Under the pieces are notes generated by a model. The model made no database searches. It was given only the letters and a program-made list of their open reading frames with translations, and was not told the DNA's origin. Of a stretch of 32,752 bases of DNA, positions 17,531 through 28,386 are shown in pieces. The stretch is from Promethearchaeota archaeon (GTDB lineage Archaea > Asgardarchaeota > Lokiarchaeia > Sigyniarchaeales > SOKP01). Location of the stretch: the NCBI GenBank assembly GCA_016926735.1, contig JAFGOA010000117.1:1-32752 (forward strand), written 5' to 3'. Within the stretch, counting starts at the first letter, position 1; each line of letters starts with the position of its first letter. Position numbers and translations under genes: made by a program.

Positions 17531-18172
17531 CTAAATAATTTTCTTTTTTGTTATGTATATATGAAAAACTATAATACATAAACTAGTTATTAAAAGAATT
17601 GAGTAAAGATTAAAACCTGAGATTGAAAAGAGATCATCATATGAGGAACCCGTATAATATACATATAATAACCAATTTAATGGGTCAAATTCATTATAAT
17701 AATCCATTATCTGAGCATTATTACTATTAAGTAGGGCTTTATTAATATTAATTAAAAATGTAGAATTATAACGTAAATAAACTACAGCTACTAATCTCCC
17801 ATATACGTCTGTTCTGAATATATCATCTATATCCAAATATACTTCATGATTTAATACTAATGACATGACATATCCTTTAGATTCTTGATATCCTTCGTTA
17901 TTTTGCTCAGGTGCATCAATATCCGCCAATCTAATTCTTCCCACATTTTCCACATCAAAAGTATCTCCATCTACAACATAATTCACATTTCCGCTATCAT
18001 CAATCTCCCAATTATCATAGGACAAATTAATAGTAATAGATTTATTATTATGATATATAGTTCCATAGGTTCCTATTTTATTAAGTAGTAAACTTGAAAA
18101 AGAAAATATTCCCAAGAATAATAATCTCTTGAGATTTTTATCCTTTTTTGATCTTAACCTATTATCTAACAT
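17531..18172 (-). CDS. Surface-anchored thermonuclease (SNase family) with Loki-CTERM-like tail
   Basis: VVDGDTF, IRLADIDAPE, DVYGRLVAVVY; N-terminal signal-like segment; C-terminal ISGF-TM-KKK. Confidence 0.85.
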   Translation of the reverse strand: MLDNRLRSKKDKNLKRLLFLGIFSFSSLLLNKIGTYGTIYHNNKSITINLSYDNWEIDDSGNVNYVVDGDTFDVENVGRIRLADIDAPEQNNEGYQESKGYVMSLVLNHEVYLDIDDIFRTDVYGRLVAVVYLRYNSTFLININKALLNSNNAQIMDYYNEFDPLNWLLYVYYTGSSYDDLFSISGFNLYSILLITSLCIIVFHIYITKKKII

Positions 18173-18424
18173 TATCTTTATATTTCACCCAATTAAAATA
18201 ATATGATTATAAGATTTCTATGATTATATACAAAATATACCTTTATAAATATAATGGGGCAAAGAGAATTTGTGAATTATTAAGAATCCCGACAATAATA
18301 AAATAAAAAAAGAAAGAGATTAATGTTTTTATTTTTTAAACTAATCAGTTCATGTTTTATAAAAAATAAATTAATATCTTGACTGTGATCACAATATCAA
18401 TAAAATTTTTAAAATTATCAGAAA

Positions 18425-18586
18425 TTAATACCGTCTAGGTTTTTTTTTTTGATAACAATCTCTACAATAAACTGGTCTTGTACCATCTGGTTTAAAAGGT
18501 ACTTCTGTTTCCACTCCACACTCAGCGCAAGTTACTTTATGCATTGGTCGAGGTGTTCTAAAATTATTATTTCTTCTATATGACAT
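18425..18586 (-). CDS. CxxC-x17-CxxC domain protein, 53 aa (not in ORF track)
   Basis: MSYRRNNNFRTPRPMHKVTCAECGVETEVPFKPDGTRPVYCRDCYQKKKPRRY: exact CxxC-x17-CxxC spacing with VPFKP..RPVYC.DC signature. Confidence 0.92.
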   Translation of the reverse strand: MSYRRNNNFRTPRPMHKVTCAECGVETEVPFKPDGTRPVYCRDCYQKKKPRRY

Positions 18587-18772
18587 ATTTTTCAACTTAG
18601 ATTTATTATAGTAAGATGATTCGAATATTAAACATGAAAGAAAAAGAATATTTTATCTTACTATATAGATATAAATCAATACTTTAATAATAATTTGATT
18701 GTTTGTAATATGTGAAATTTACCACCCCAAAAAAAAAATCACTATAGATTAAATAAATATCAAATCAATAGA

Positions 18773-19459
18773 TTACTTTCCTATATTATGCCATTTTATC
18801 ATTGTTTTAATTATATGAAAAATGATGATTATAATGATAATAATTACATTAACAACATGCATTTGTACCGCTAATGTACCCTCAAGAAAAATTCCACTAA
18901 ATATCCCATATAGATATAAAAGACCAATCATATAAGATATGATATTTGCGATAAAGACATTCATAGCAATTTTTTTATTTGAAAGAATTAAAATAGGTTC
19001 TCGTTTAATTTGATCTTGAGGAAGTTTATCCAATTTTTTTACTATATCTTTTCTAATTTTATTGAATTGATTAAAATATAATATCAAAATAAAAACATCA
19101 ATCAAAATAAGTGCTATTTCAAATAAAAGTGAAAAAACTATATAGAAGACAAAATTTAGATGATACCAACTGATTATGATAAGATTTCCTACCTGGGTCG
19201 GTATTATTGTAAAAATGGTAATAAAAAAGATAATTGTTGAGAATTTCGCTTTTGGGTAATATTTCTTAAAATAATAATGTATTATATTATATTCTAATTC
19301 ATAGGAGATAAGAGCAAGAACTAGTGGAAATAAAACAAATAGCATTAAAACCTCATAAGACATGTCTATAATGTGAATAAATAAGAGAGTCATGTTAATT
19401 TTCGTTATTAAAGTTGCAATATTTAAAATATATTTTTTTATATTAATAAAATTACACAA
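18773..19459 (-). CDS. Multi-pass membrane hypothetical protein
   Basis: Five to six hydrophobic segments; start uncertain (TTG in track; downstream ATGs possible). Confidence 0.55.
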   Translation of the reverse strand: MCNFINIKKYILNIATLITKINMTLLFIHIIDMSYEVLMLFVLFPLVLALISYELEYNIIHYYFKKYYPKAKFSTIIFFITIFTIIPTQVGNLIIISWYHLNFVFYIVFSLLFEIALILIDVFILILYFNQFNKIRKDIVKKLDKLPQDQIKREPILILSNKKIAMNVFIANIISYMIGLLYLYGIFSGIFLEGTLAVQMHVVNVIIIIIIIIFHIIKTMIKWHNIGK

Positions 19460-19622
19460 TTTTGTATTTGATTTATTGAATAATACTAAAAATTATTTTA
19501 ATCTGTGTTATGTGATAAAATTATGTCTACAAGAACAAATCGATTAATTTTATTGATTTTGAATATTTTATTATTATTAATTAGAAAAAACCAATTTTCT
19601 TTAGGGAGAGAATGATATTGAT

Positions 19623-20345
19623 ATGAAGGAATGGAATCCCAAATGTCTAAAACATCCTCTCCTTCAAAATCATTATTCGGAGAAGGAAGCTATTCAATTA
19701 CAACAAATTTGGAAAAAAAAATGCCTAAAAAACAATAATCAATTGATAAAATATAATGATATTATTTTAGTTGCCGGTGTTGATATCTCTTTTCCAAAAA
19801 TTAAAGATCCTATATGGGGTATTGCTTGTGCTACATTATGGAATCAAAATAAAAAAAAAATTATATATTCTGCAACCCATAAAGGAGAACTTCCTTTCAA
19901 ATATATTCCTGGATTGTTAGGTTTTCGAGAAGCCCGATTAATCACTCAAGCATTACTAAATCTGCCAGAAGTTCCAGATATCATTTTATGTGATGGTTAT
20001 GGAATAGTTCACCCTCGTGAATTCGGAGAAGCCATACATTTAGGAATTGCTTTAAATATTCCTACAATAGGCATTGCAAAGAAAATGTTTATTGGTGAAT
20101 GTAATTGGAAAGACATGGCGCAAAAGAAAGGGAATAAAATACCTATTATGATTAATAGAGAAATTAAAGGATATGCTATTTGCTTAAAAAATAATGTACA
20201 CCCTGTTTTTATTAGCTCAGGCTATTTAACAGATATAGATTTAGCATTAAAAATTTCCTTAGAAACTACTTTAAATAACAAACAACCTGAACCTATCTTC
20301 CAAGCAGATCAAATATCTCGAAAATTAATTCAAGAATATACATAG
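19623..20345 (+). CDS. nfi: Endonuclease V
   Basis: AGVDISF, PFKYIPGLLGFRE, CDGYGIVHPREFG, PTIGIAK, QPEP. Confidence 0.92.
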   Translation: MKEWNPKCLKHPLLQNHYSEKEAIQLQQIWKKKCLKNNNQLIKYNDIILVAGVDISFPKIKDPIWGIACATLWNQNKKKIIYSATHKGELPFKYIPGLLGFREARLITQALLNLPEVPDIILCDGYGIVHPREFGEAIHLGIALNIPTIGIAKKMFIGECNWKDMAQKKGNKIPIMINREIKGYAICLKNNVHPVFISSGYLTDIDLALKISLETTLNNKQPEPIFQADQISRKLIQEYT

Positions 20346-20429
20346 TAATATCCATTTTCTTTATTTGGATAAAGTTGTGCATATTAGTTAACGATAAAAT
20401 TCAAATGAGATTAATTTCTTTTTAAATTA

Positions 20430-21752
20430 ATGGTAGACTATACTCAACATTTATCTCCCGAGATTAAAAAGCAATATCGTTATTTAAAAATCTTTAGTTT
20501 TTTTAAATATTGGCTATTTGCATATTATGTGGTGTTTCAACCATTATATTATATTGATATTGGATTTTCTCTTACTGAGGTCTTATTTAATGCGGCATTA
20601 GCACCTATTTTATCGATAGTTTTTCAAAATACATGGTCTAAAATTGTTGATCAGACCCAAAATGTCAAAAAATATATTATAATATCTAATATAGCATTTG
20701 CTATTTCTTCTACAATGACTCTTTATGTAGATTCTTTTTTTATGATGATATTAACTACTTTAGTTATTCAAATTTCGCCAAATGGTGATAGTCTTACCAA
20801 TATTCTTGTATATAATCTCTCTGATCGAGTAACTGATATTCCAGATGATCCTATTGAAAAACAATATCACAATATTAATTTATTTGCACGATATCGCCGT
20901 TATGGGAGTATTGGATGGGCTATTGGATTGCCAATCATGGGATTGATTCTAAATATATATAGTAATATTGGCCTAAGTTTTATTGTCTGCACTTTAGGTA
21001 TGTTAATTTTAACAATCGTTTTTTACATTATTACTGATGAGAAAACCATTTTAGCCTCTCATGATATAATAGAATGTAATTCATTTCCGGGACAATTATG
21101 CCCAATTGAAAAAAAACTTGAAAAATCCAGTTTAATTTCCAATTATAAAAAATTGTTTTCCAATAGAATATATCTTTACTTTATAATTGCAGCTCTTTTT
21201 TATGCTATTGCTTTCAGATCAACTTTATCTGTTCAAGGTCTTTTTTACAACCTATTTTCGAGGAATAATTATTTTGAGCTAGTATGGGTTTATAGCATTG
21301 CTGCTTTGGCAGAGTGGCCTGTAATGACAATCATTGCCAAACAAGTAAAAAAAATAGGCTGGAAAAATATACTTGTTATTTCATATCTATTCTCAGGAAT
21401 GCGTATGATTTTAATGCCTTTCTTAGTAATTTTTCTTGGAAATATTTATTGGGGTTATTTATTACAAATAACTGCAGGTATTCTTTTTGGATTAAGATGG
21501 CCAACTGCCACATTTGGAATATATATTTCTTTACCAAAAGGACAAAAAGCTATTGGACAATCATTCTATGGAACAATTGAGTTAATTGGAGGATTTCTTG
21601 GTGGTCTTATTGGTGCTCTTATATCTTTCGTTGTTCTTGATGAGCAAACGAAATATTTCTATATACACTGGATTGCAGGTATTATAGCTATTCTTAGTGG
21701 AATAATCTTTATAATATATCTAAAGAACTATAGGGGAACAAAAAAAAAATAA
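20430..21752 (+). CDS. MFS transporter (MFS_1-like/nucleoside-sugar type)
   Basis: 12-TM pattern; RYRRYGSIGWA and AALAEWP motifs. Confidence 0.8.
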   Translation: MVDYTQHLSPEIKKQYRYLKIFSFFKYWLFAYYVVFQPLYYIDIGFSLTEVLFNAALAPILSIVFQNTWSKIVDQTQNVKKYIIISNIAFAISSTMTLYVDSFFMMILTTLVIQISPNGDSLTNILVYNLSDRVTDIPDDPIEKQYHNINLFARYRRYGSIGWAIGLPIMGLILNIYSNIGLSFIVCTLGMLILTIVFYIITDEKTILASHDIIECNSFPGQLCPIEKKLEKSSLISNYKKLFSNRIYLYFIIAALFYAIAFRSTLSVQGLFYNLFSRNNYFELVWVYSIAALAEWPVMTIIAKQVKKIGWKNILVISYLFSGMRMILMPFLVIFLGNIYWGYLLQITAGILFGLRWPTATFGIYISLPKGQKAIGQSFYGTIELIGGFLGGLIGALISFVVLDEQTKYFYIHWIAGIIAILSGIIFIIYLKNYRGTKKK

Positions 21753-21847
21753 GAAAAAAATTTCAAACTTATTCCAACCAGTTTTTTATTATAATTTAGC
21801 TTTTTTTTAAAAGATCTAAAAACAACTTGAGGAATGTGATTTTTAAA

Positions 21848-24800
21848 ATGATAAAAATAAATAGATTTCATTCACAAAAGAAAAATTTTTTCAACTACCT
21901 TTTATTTTTTACTTGTATTATTATTTCAAATTGTCAGTCTATAACTTTTATTACAACTAATGTAAATCCAAATAATCCAAATCTAAAAACATCTCAAACA
22001 ATACCAGTCTTAAATTATACAATGAATTCTAACTATGATTATAATTGGATTGATGCTTCTGATGGTACTAAATTATTATTAGGAGAATATGAATATTCAG
22101 CAATTCAATTACCCTTTGAATTCTATTTTTATAATCAGTCATTCTCTGTTCTTTATCTTTCGAGTAATGGATTTTTAAGATTTGTAGAATCTAATATGGA
22201 TCATGGAAACAGTTATTATGGTTTTTCATCTGCTTACTATCCTTATACTATTGCACCTTTTTGGACATATTTAGAGAGATTAAATGATAGAGAAATATTT
22301 GTTCAGAATCATACTGAATATTGGGTTGCAGAATGGAAAAATATGTATTACTATAATAATGCATCTATAGGTTCATTTGAAGTCATTCTATATAGAACGG
22401 GAGAAATAATTTTTAATTTTGAAGAAATTAAATATAATTGTTCCTATTCATGTGGATTAAATCAAGGGAGTAATTTAGATCTTTTTAATATTTATAAAGG
22501 TATTAATGACGCTACGGCTAATTTCGCAATTCAATTTAAACAGACTAAACCTGAACATGAAATAGCGGTAACTTTAGATCTACCAAACAATCCTAAAATT
22601 GATTCAACCTATTTAGTTAATGCCTCCATATGGAATTTAGGGGAATTTAATGAATCTAATATTGAATTTAACATATATCTTGATGATATAATTGTTGAAT
22701 CTACATTTTTAACATCCTTATTATCCAACGATATTATCTTCCTTTCTTATATATGGAATCCTGTATTGACAGGAACATATAATTTCACTGTGACATCTTC
22801 TCTCATAGTAAATGAATCAGTTCTTACAAATAATCAAATAATTAAGCTAATTCCTGTTGTTGCTTTAAAAAATTATACAATGATAACTAATTATGCTTTT
22901 AATTGGATTGATGCGTCCATAGGACATGAATTATATATGAGTGATGATGGATATTCAACTTTAGGATTACCATTCACATTTACATTCTATAATTGTACGT
23001 TTAAAACAGTTTATTTTAGTGCCAATGGATATCTGAGTTTTGGGGATTCCACACCAACAAATTGGGGAAATATAGCATTTCCTAATAATAGATATAAAGA
23101 CTATTTCTATATGATCGCACCTTTTTGGGATGATTTAAATCCACGAGCAGGAGGAAAAGTATATACTCTTACAACAAAAGATTATTGTGTTATAGAATGG
23201 GAAAATATATGTTATGCAGGAGGAACTTATGTAGGGAGTTTTCAAGTTATTTTATTTAATTCCGGAGACATAATCTTTAATTATGATCATATAAGATCAA
23301 CTATCGGAAATCCAACGTGCGGATTGAATATGGGAGCTAATATTTCATATTATACAGTTTTTGACAAACTCAATGATTCTATAAATGAATTTTCACTACT
23401 TTTTACTCAAGCTGAGATAAAACATGATATTGTTGTTGCTTTAGATACTCCTTATTTAGCAAATATCAATCATAATTACTTAATTAATGCTAGTGTATAT
23501 AACATAGGGTATTTTGATGAAATTAATATCGATTTAAATCTCTATATCGATGGAATTTTAGTAAATTCGACCTATATTCCCGTATTAAAAAATTGTAGCT
23601 ATAAAACTATTACATTTGATTGGTATCCAACAGATATCAAACAATTCAATTTCAGTCTAATTTCAAATATTATTACTAATGAATATGAAAAAAATAATAA
23701 TTATATACAAAAAAATATCACAACATCCAATATTATAAATTATCATCTGGTTCCTAATCATCCTTATTATTGGATTGATGCTTCTCAAGGAGAATGTTTT
23801 AAAAACCATCGTTATGGAGCATATGAAACTGCTTATTTGCCATTTGATTTTTATTTTTATAATCAGACTTTTTCCAAAGTCTACATAAGCTCCTTTGGAT
23901 ATCTTAGTTTCACAGATGAATATCCAAACAGTTGGAATAATAGACCATTCCCTCTAACGTCAAATGATTATTCATATATGATTGCTCCGATGTGGATGGA
24001 TCTAGATTTATCTCGTGGAGGAGAAATATATATGAGGAATTTTAGCGATTGTTGGGTTGTCGAATGGAATGAGATTAGAATATATGATTATTTTGAAATT
24101 ATTGGAGGAACATTTCAAGTAATATTATTCAAATCTGGAGATATCGTTTTTAATTATCAACGAGTAAATACATTGAGAAATGGATATTCATGTGGAATAA
24201 ACTTTGGATATGATCATAGAATATTTAATGCTTATACAAAATTAACAACATCATCTGAATATTCTCTTTATTTTACACAAAATTCAAATAATCCTCCAGA
24301 TAAACCAAATCTACATCCAATTAATCCACAAATGGACCAAGATGGAATAATTTCATTAGTTTGGGATGAGGTAGATGCAGCATTATTTTATAATATTTAT
24401 AGATACACTGATCAAATTACTTATTTGAATCCTCGATGGTTGATACAAAGTATGAATCAAGGAACTTCATTTACAGATATAGTGTATATAAGTCAAGTTT
24501 ATTATTACGTTGTTGTTGCTGTTAATGGAACTGGAGTTTCTAATCTATCAGAATGTAGATCCGTTAGTGTCGAATTAGTTGTACCTCCTATCCCTTTCCT
24601 TGAAAATATCAGTATTTGTTCTTATGATCAAAGCTATATTATTTTAAACTGGTCTAATATTCTCAGTGCAACATCATATAATATATATCGTGATAATGTT
24701 CCAATTACTACTCCAAAACCATCTCAATTAATTAAAACAAATTCATATAATTCTACATTAGATTGGTTACCCTCAATTGGTAGGTTTTATTATGTTGTAA

Positions 24801-26098
24801 CTGCTATTAATGAAGCAGGGGAATCTGAATCCTCTAATTGTGTAATGATCACTTTAGATTCAATTCCACCTAAAAAGTGGACTATTCTAATATATATCGC
24901 AGCGGATAATGATCTTGAACGGTATGGAATTCAAGATATTAATGAGATGGAATCAATTGGTTCGGATGACAATATAAGTATTTTAGTTCAAATAGATAGG
25001 AGATTAGGATATGATTATTCAAATGCAAATTGGACAGATACAAGACGAGGTATTATTTTATATGATGATAACAATGCAGTTATCGAATCTACATTATTAT
25101 CATTAGGAGAATTAAATATGGGTAGTAGTCAAACTCTAGAGGAATTTATTAATTGGGGGAAAGAAAGATGTCCTGCTGAAAATTATATGTTAATTCTATG
25201 GAATCATGGTACTGGTGTAATGAATGGAATGGAACAAGGTTATATCTGTGAGGATATTAATGATAATGATTCCTTGACTAATCAAGAGATTGAATCTGCT
25301 ATTAAGGATAAAGAATTAGATATTTTAGGATTTGATGCTTGTTTAATGGCTTCAATTGAGTATTATTATGCTCTAAAAAACCATACAGATATTTTTATTG
25401 GGGCAGAAGGATTTGAACCTGGTGAAGGGTGGCCTTATGATACAATTTTAAATTGGCTTAGATTAAACTCAAATGCAAATTCAACTGAATTCAGTAAGGT
25501 TTTAGTTGATAAATATATCAGTTCAATGTATACATTAGATAGATATAGTACTTTAAGCGCTGTAAAATCTTCTTGTATAGATAATTTAATTACATCATTT
25601 TCTAATTATATATCTGCATTATTAGAGAATATTGAAATATATAAAGACAGAATTTCTATAATTAGGGATAATATTAATACATATGATTATAAACCCTATG
25701 TTGATTTTTATGATTTAATCTTTTGCTTGAATCGAGATATTCCAGAACTAAATAAAACAGCAGAATTTTTGTTAAATAACATATCTGAATGTGTCATTAA
25801 CTCAAGGTATCGTGGTAATTCTTATTCAAATAGTAAGGGATTATCGATATACTTTCCCCAATCTCGTACGGAATTTTCAAGCAATTATTGTAAGCTTCCA
25901 TGGGGTCTCGATGTAAATTGGGATAATTTTCTCATGAAATATTATGGAATTTATGATCCCAATCAAGGTAATCCAGACAATCCAGACAACCCTAATAATT
26001 CGATTTCAGGATATAATATAATGATCTTAATATGTGTTATTGGATTCTCCTTCATATTATTTTTGACTAAAAAGAAAAAATTCAATATAAAAAAATAA
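21848..26098 (+). CDS. Large surface protein: three nidogen(NIDO)-like repeats, two CARDB, two FN3-like domains, clostripain (peptidase C11), Loki-CTERM-like anchor
   Basis: Three copies of Y.WIDAS.G...LPF.F.FYN..F..VY.SS/ANG...IAPFW..L; CARDB-like INASI/VYN.G; FN3-like W/YNIYR/YYVV.A.N..G.S; C11 WTILIYIAADNDL, LWNHG and GFDACLM; ISGY-TM-KKKK. ATG 21848 preferred over TTG 21827. Confidence 0.85.
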   Translation: MIKINRFHSQKKNFFNYLLFFTCIIISNCQSITFITTNVNPNNPNLKTSQTIPVLNYTMNSNYDYNWIDASDGTKLLLGEYEYSAIQLPFEFYFYNQSFSVLYLSSNGFLRFVESNMDHGNSYYGFSSAYYPYTIAPFWTYLERLNDREIFVQNHTEYWVAEWKNMYYYNNASIGSFEVILYRTGEIIFNFEEIKYNCSYSCGLNQGSNLDLFNIYKGINDATANFAIQFKQTKPEHEIAVTLDLPNNPKIDSTYLVNASIWNLGEFNESNIEFNIYLDDIIVESTFLTSLLSNDIIFLSYIWNPVLTGTYNFTVTSSLIVNESVLTNNQIIKLIPVVALKNYTMITNYAFNWIDASIGHELYMSDDGYSTLGLPFTFTFYNCTFKTVYFSANGYLSFGDSTPTNWGNIAFPNNRYKDYFYMIAPFWDDLNPRAGGKVYTLTTKDYCVIEWENICYAGGTYVGSFQVILFNSGDIIFNYDHIRSTIGNPTCGLNMGANISYYTVFDKLNDSINEFSLLFTQAEIKHDIVVALDTPYLANINHNYLINASVYNIGYFDEINIDLNLYIDGILVNSTYIPVLKNCSYKTITFDWYPTDIKQFNFSLISNIITNEYEKNNNYIQKNITTSNIINYHLVPNHPYYWIDASQGECFKNHRYGAYETAYLPFDFYFYNQTFSKVYISSFGYLSFTDEYPNSWNNRPFPLTSNDYSYMIAPMWMDLDLSRGGEIYMRNFSDCWVVEWNEIRIYDYFEIIGGTFQVILFKSGDIVFNYQRVNTLRNGYSCGINFGYDHRIFNAYTKLTTSSEYSLYFTQNSNNPPDKPNLHPINPQMDQDGIISLVWDEVDAALFYNIYRYTDQITYLNPRWLIQSMNQGTSFTDIVYISQVYYYVVVAVNGTGVSNLSECRSVSVELVVPPIPFLENISICSYDQSYIILNWSNILSATSYNIYRDNVPITTPKPSQLIKTNSYNSTLDWLPSIGRFYYVVTAINEAGESESSNCVMITLDSIPPKKWTILIYIAADNDLERYGIQDINEMESIGSDDNISILVQIDRRLGYDYSNANWTDTRRGIILYDDNNAVIESTLLSLGELNMGSSQTLEEFINWGKERCPAENYMLILWNHGTGVMNGMEQGYICEDINDNDSLTNQEIESAIKDKELDILGFDACLMASIEYYYALKNHTDIFIGAEGFEPGEGWPYDTILNWLRLNSNANSTEFSKVLVDKYISSMYTLDRYSTLSAVKSSCIDNLITSFSNYISALLENIEIYKDRISIIRDNINTYDYKPYVDFYDLIFCLNRDIPELNKTAEFLLNNISECVINSRYRGNSYSNSKGLSIYFPQSRTEFSSNYCKLPWGLDVNWDNFLMKYYGIYDPNQGNPDNPDNPNNSISGYNIMILICVIGFSFILFLTKKKKFNIKK

Positions 26099-26108
26099 TT
26101 CTTTTTTT

Positions 26109-26933
26109 TTATTTCAATTTAAGAACTAATTTTTCAACCCTCTTTGGAAAATTTTTTATAAGTCTTTTTTTTTTTAGATTTTCTTTAACTATCCATAAAA
26201 CATCTTTATCATTGGTATTAATTAATTGCTCTAAATATTCGAATCCTTCGTTTGGATTTATAAAAACAACCAGACTTAGAGTAAAACCTAATCCTTTTCT
26301 CAAAATTCTAAATTCTTCTGATTTTTTATCAATTGCTTCTAAAATAAAATTAAAAATTATTTTATGCAGTTCAAAAGTGGCATTAATAAATATCTTATCT
26401 TCTTTTAAAGTTTTATGAATTAAAGATTCTGCTGTTCCTGCAGCAATTGCCCGTAAAGATAACCAATCATTTTCTTTTTTTATCCAATCATTTAAGAAAA
26501 GTAGTAAAATTTCTTTATTATTAATAGCAATTATTTCTAACGCTTTTGCAACTGCCTCTCTAACGCGCCATCTAGAATCTTTTGCCATTTTTTTTATTGC
26601 TGAAAACGCAAAATCCATATATTCCTTATTTAATGCTAATGATCCTAATCCTAATGTTCCACAAAATGCTAAAAATTCTTTTGGATCATTAACAGGTGCT
26701 TTTGAAGGTGTCCACGATAATAATTGTTCAATCGTGTGTTTCAAAAAATCAAGCTTATCATTTTTATTCAAAATGATTTCTGAAAATGCTTGGCCTAATT
26801 CTAAATTTCCTCTTGGTTCAGGAAGGTTACTATTTAATTTTAAATATGATATTAGGTCCTCAATATCATCAGATTCAATACATTTAGTTAATATCAATTC
26901 CAATTTAGGGATTAATATATCTTTTTTTTTCAT
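26109..26933 (-). CDS. HEAT-repeat protein
   Basis: SNLPEPRGNLEL, AKDSRWRVREAVAKAL, DKDVLWIVKENLKKKRL; all-helical. Confidence 0.7.
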   Translation of the reverse strand: MKKKDILIPKLELILTKCIESDDIEDLISYLKLNSNLPEPRGNLELGQAFSEIILNKNDKLDFLKHTIEQLLSWTPSKAPVNDPKEFLAFCGTLGLGSLALNKEYMDFAFSAIKKMAKDSRWRVREAVAKALEIIAINNKEILLLFLNDWIKKENDWLSLRAIAAGTAESLIHKTLKEDKIFINATFELHKIIFNFILEAIDKKSEEFRILRKGLGFTLSLVVFINPNEGFEYLEQLINTNDKDVLWIVKENLKKKRLIKNFPKRVEKLVLKLK

Positions 26934-27099
26934 TTTAACAATCTCATAAATAATAAATTTTAATAATTCTCAATTTGAAATTTATTTTATAAAATTTTAA
27001 TGACTACTAAATTTTTAATTTGGATAAATTTTATATCTAAAAATAGTTACCTTATTCATACTTACTTACTACTAAAAGACTTGATCATTTAGGTGGGAT

Positions 27100-27345
27100 A
27101 TCATAGAATTAGATCTTCATAATTTAACGCTTTGGGAAGCAATTGATGAAATTTTGTATAAACTTGAAGAATGTCGTGAAAAAGGTGATAATAAAATTAT
27201 AATTATTCATGGTTATCATGGAAAACATACATTAAAGACTTATATTCAATCTACTGGATTTTTAAAAGAAATAAAAAACAGAGGATTTAATTTAAAAAGA
27301 AAAACTCAATCTAATCCTGGTAAATCCATATTTGAAATAATTTAA
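27100..27345 (+). CDS. Stand-alone Smr/MutS2 domain protein
   Basis: Extending the frame upstream gives IIELDLHNLTLWEA...IIIIHGYHG...SNPG, the three Smr motifs; canonical start codon missing (see findings). Confidence 0.8.
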   Translation: MIELDLHNLTLWEAIDEILYKLEECREKGDNKIIIIHGYHGKHTLKTYIQSTGFLKEIKNRGFNLKRKTQSNPGKSIFEII

Positions 27346-27354
27346 CAACTCATT

Positions 27355-28281
27355 TTAGTTCTTGTAAATTGAAATAATTGTAGGGATTTCTATTTTGAAT
27401 TTTTTACTCATATGAATTAAGGTATCTCCAAAAAGATCTCCCTCATTATGGCCTCCTTTTTCAAGATCTCTCACATAAGATGGCTTTACATCCGGATAAT
27501 TTTTGCAAAAATCGATAGTATCATTTATTATTGTTTCAGATAATTTAATGCCGTGTGCTTTTGCGATCAAAATAATTTCCTTCATAACATTAACCAATAT
27601 TTCATGTGAATTTTTATCATTAATTATTTCTCCTAATGTTTGATTAGTGTGGGCTGAAACTAGGGCAAATGAAGCTACCAAAAAATACTTATCCCAGATT
27701 TTTTGAGTAGGATCGTCAATCCAACGTATGTCTATTTTCAAATCTGAAAAAACATCTATAAGATCTTTTGGATTAAAATCAAGATAAAGAGGATCGAATC
27801 CACTAACGAAAAAACCCGGATTACCACTATGAATTAATACTCCGGGTTTTTCTATATGAGAGCCTATATATACACAAGAAGGTAATACAATACCTCTCTT
27901 AAGATTTCTCCTTATTCTTTTATATATGTCTATTCCATTCATTAATGCTATTATAATTGTATCTTAGTTTAGTTTATCTTTAATTATATTGACTACATCA
28001 TCTAAATCATAACTCTTCACAGAAATAATGCATAAATCTGGTGAAGGAAAGTCACCTATATTGTCTGAAGCTAATGTTGGTTTACATATAAGTATTTTAC
28101 CATCTGATTTATGAATTTCTAATCCTTTTTTTTGTATTTCTTTTAAATGATTTCCACGAGCATAGAAATAAATATTATAGATTTTTTTGAATGATTTAAT
28201 TATATTATAAGCCATTATTCCACCAAAATACCCTCCAACACCACCAACACCACAAATTAAAATATCTTTTATAATTTTCAT
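27355..28281 (-). pseudogene. panE: Ketopantoate reductase family gene interrupted by an in-frame TAA
   Basis: GVGGVGGYFG, ARG, SVKSYD, then TAA (27964-27966), continuing in the same frame DTIIIALMNGID...WDK...KPSYVRD...HNE. Confidence 0.8.
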
Positions 28282-28386
28282 CCAATAATCCTTTAATATG
28301 TCTCTTAATTTGTTTTTTTATTCTGTATATCTATTTTTTTGATATCGTAAAAATCTTTTTATTAAAAAAATATTTAAATAACAGAG

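Noticed and set aside
21314-21580. Alternative-frame ORF inside the MFS gene
   Set aside because: Nested out-of-frame ORF with no SD or motif.
25968-26000. Short CCAGACAA tandem repeat
   Set aside because: Simply encodes the PDNPDNP linker; not a CRISPR or VNTR array.
27964-27966. Stop-codon recoding (Sec, Pyl or alternative code)
   Set aside because: The codon is TAA, used as a normal stop throughout the window; single instance.
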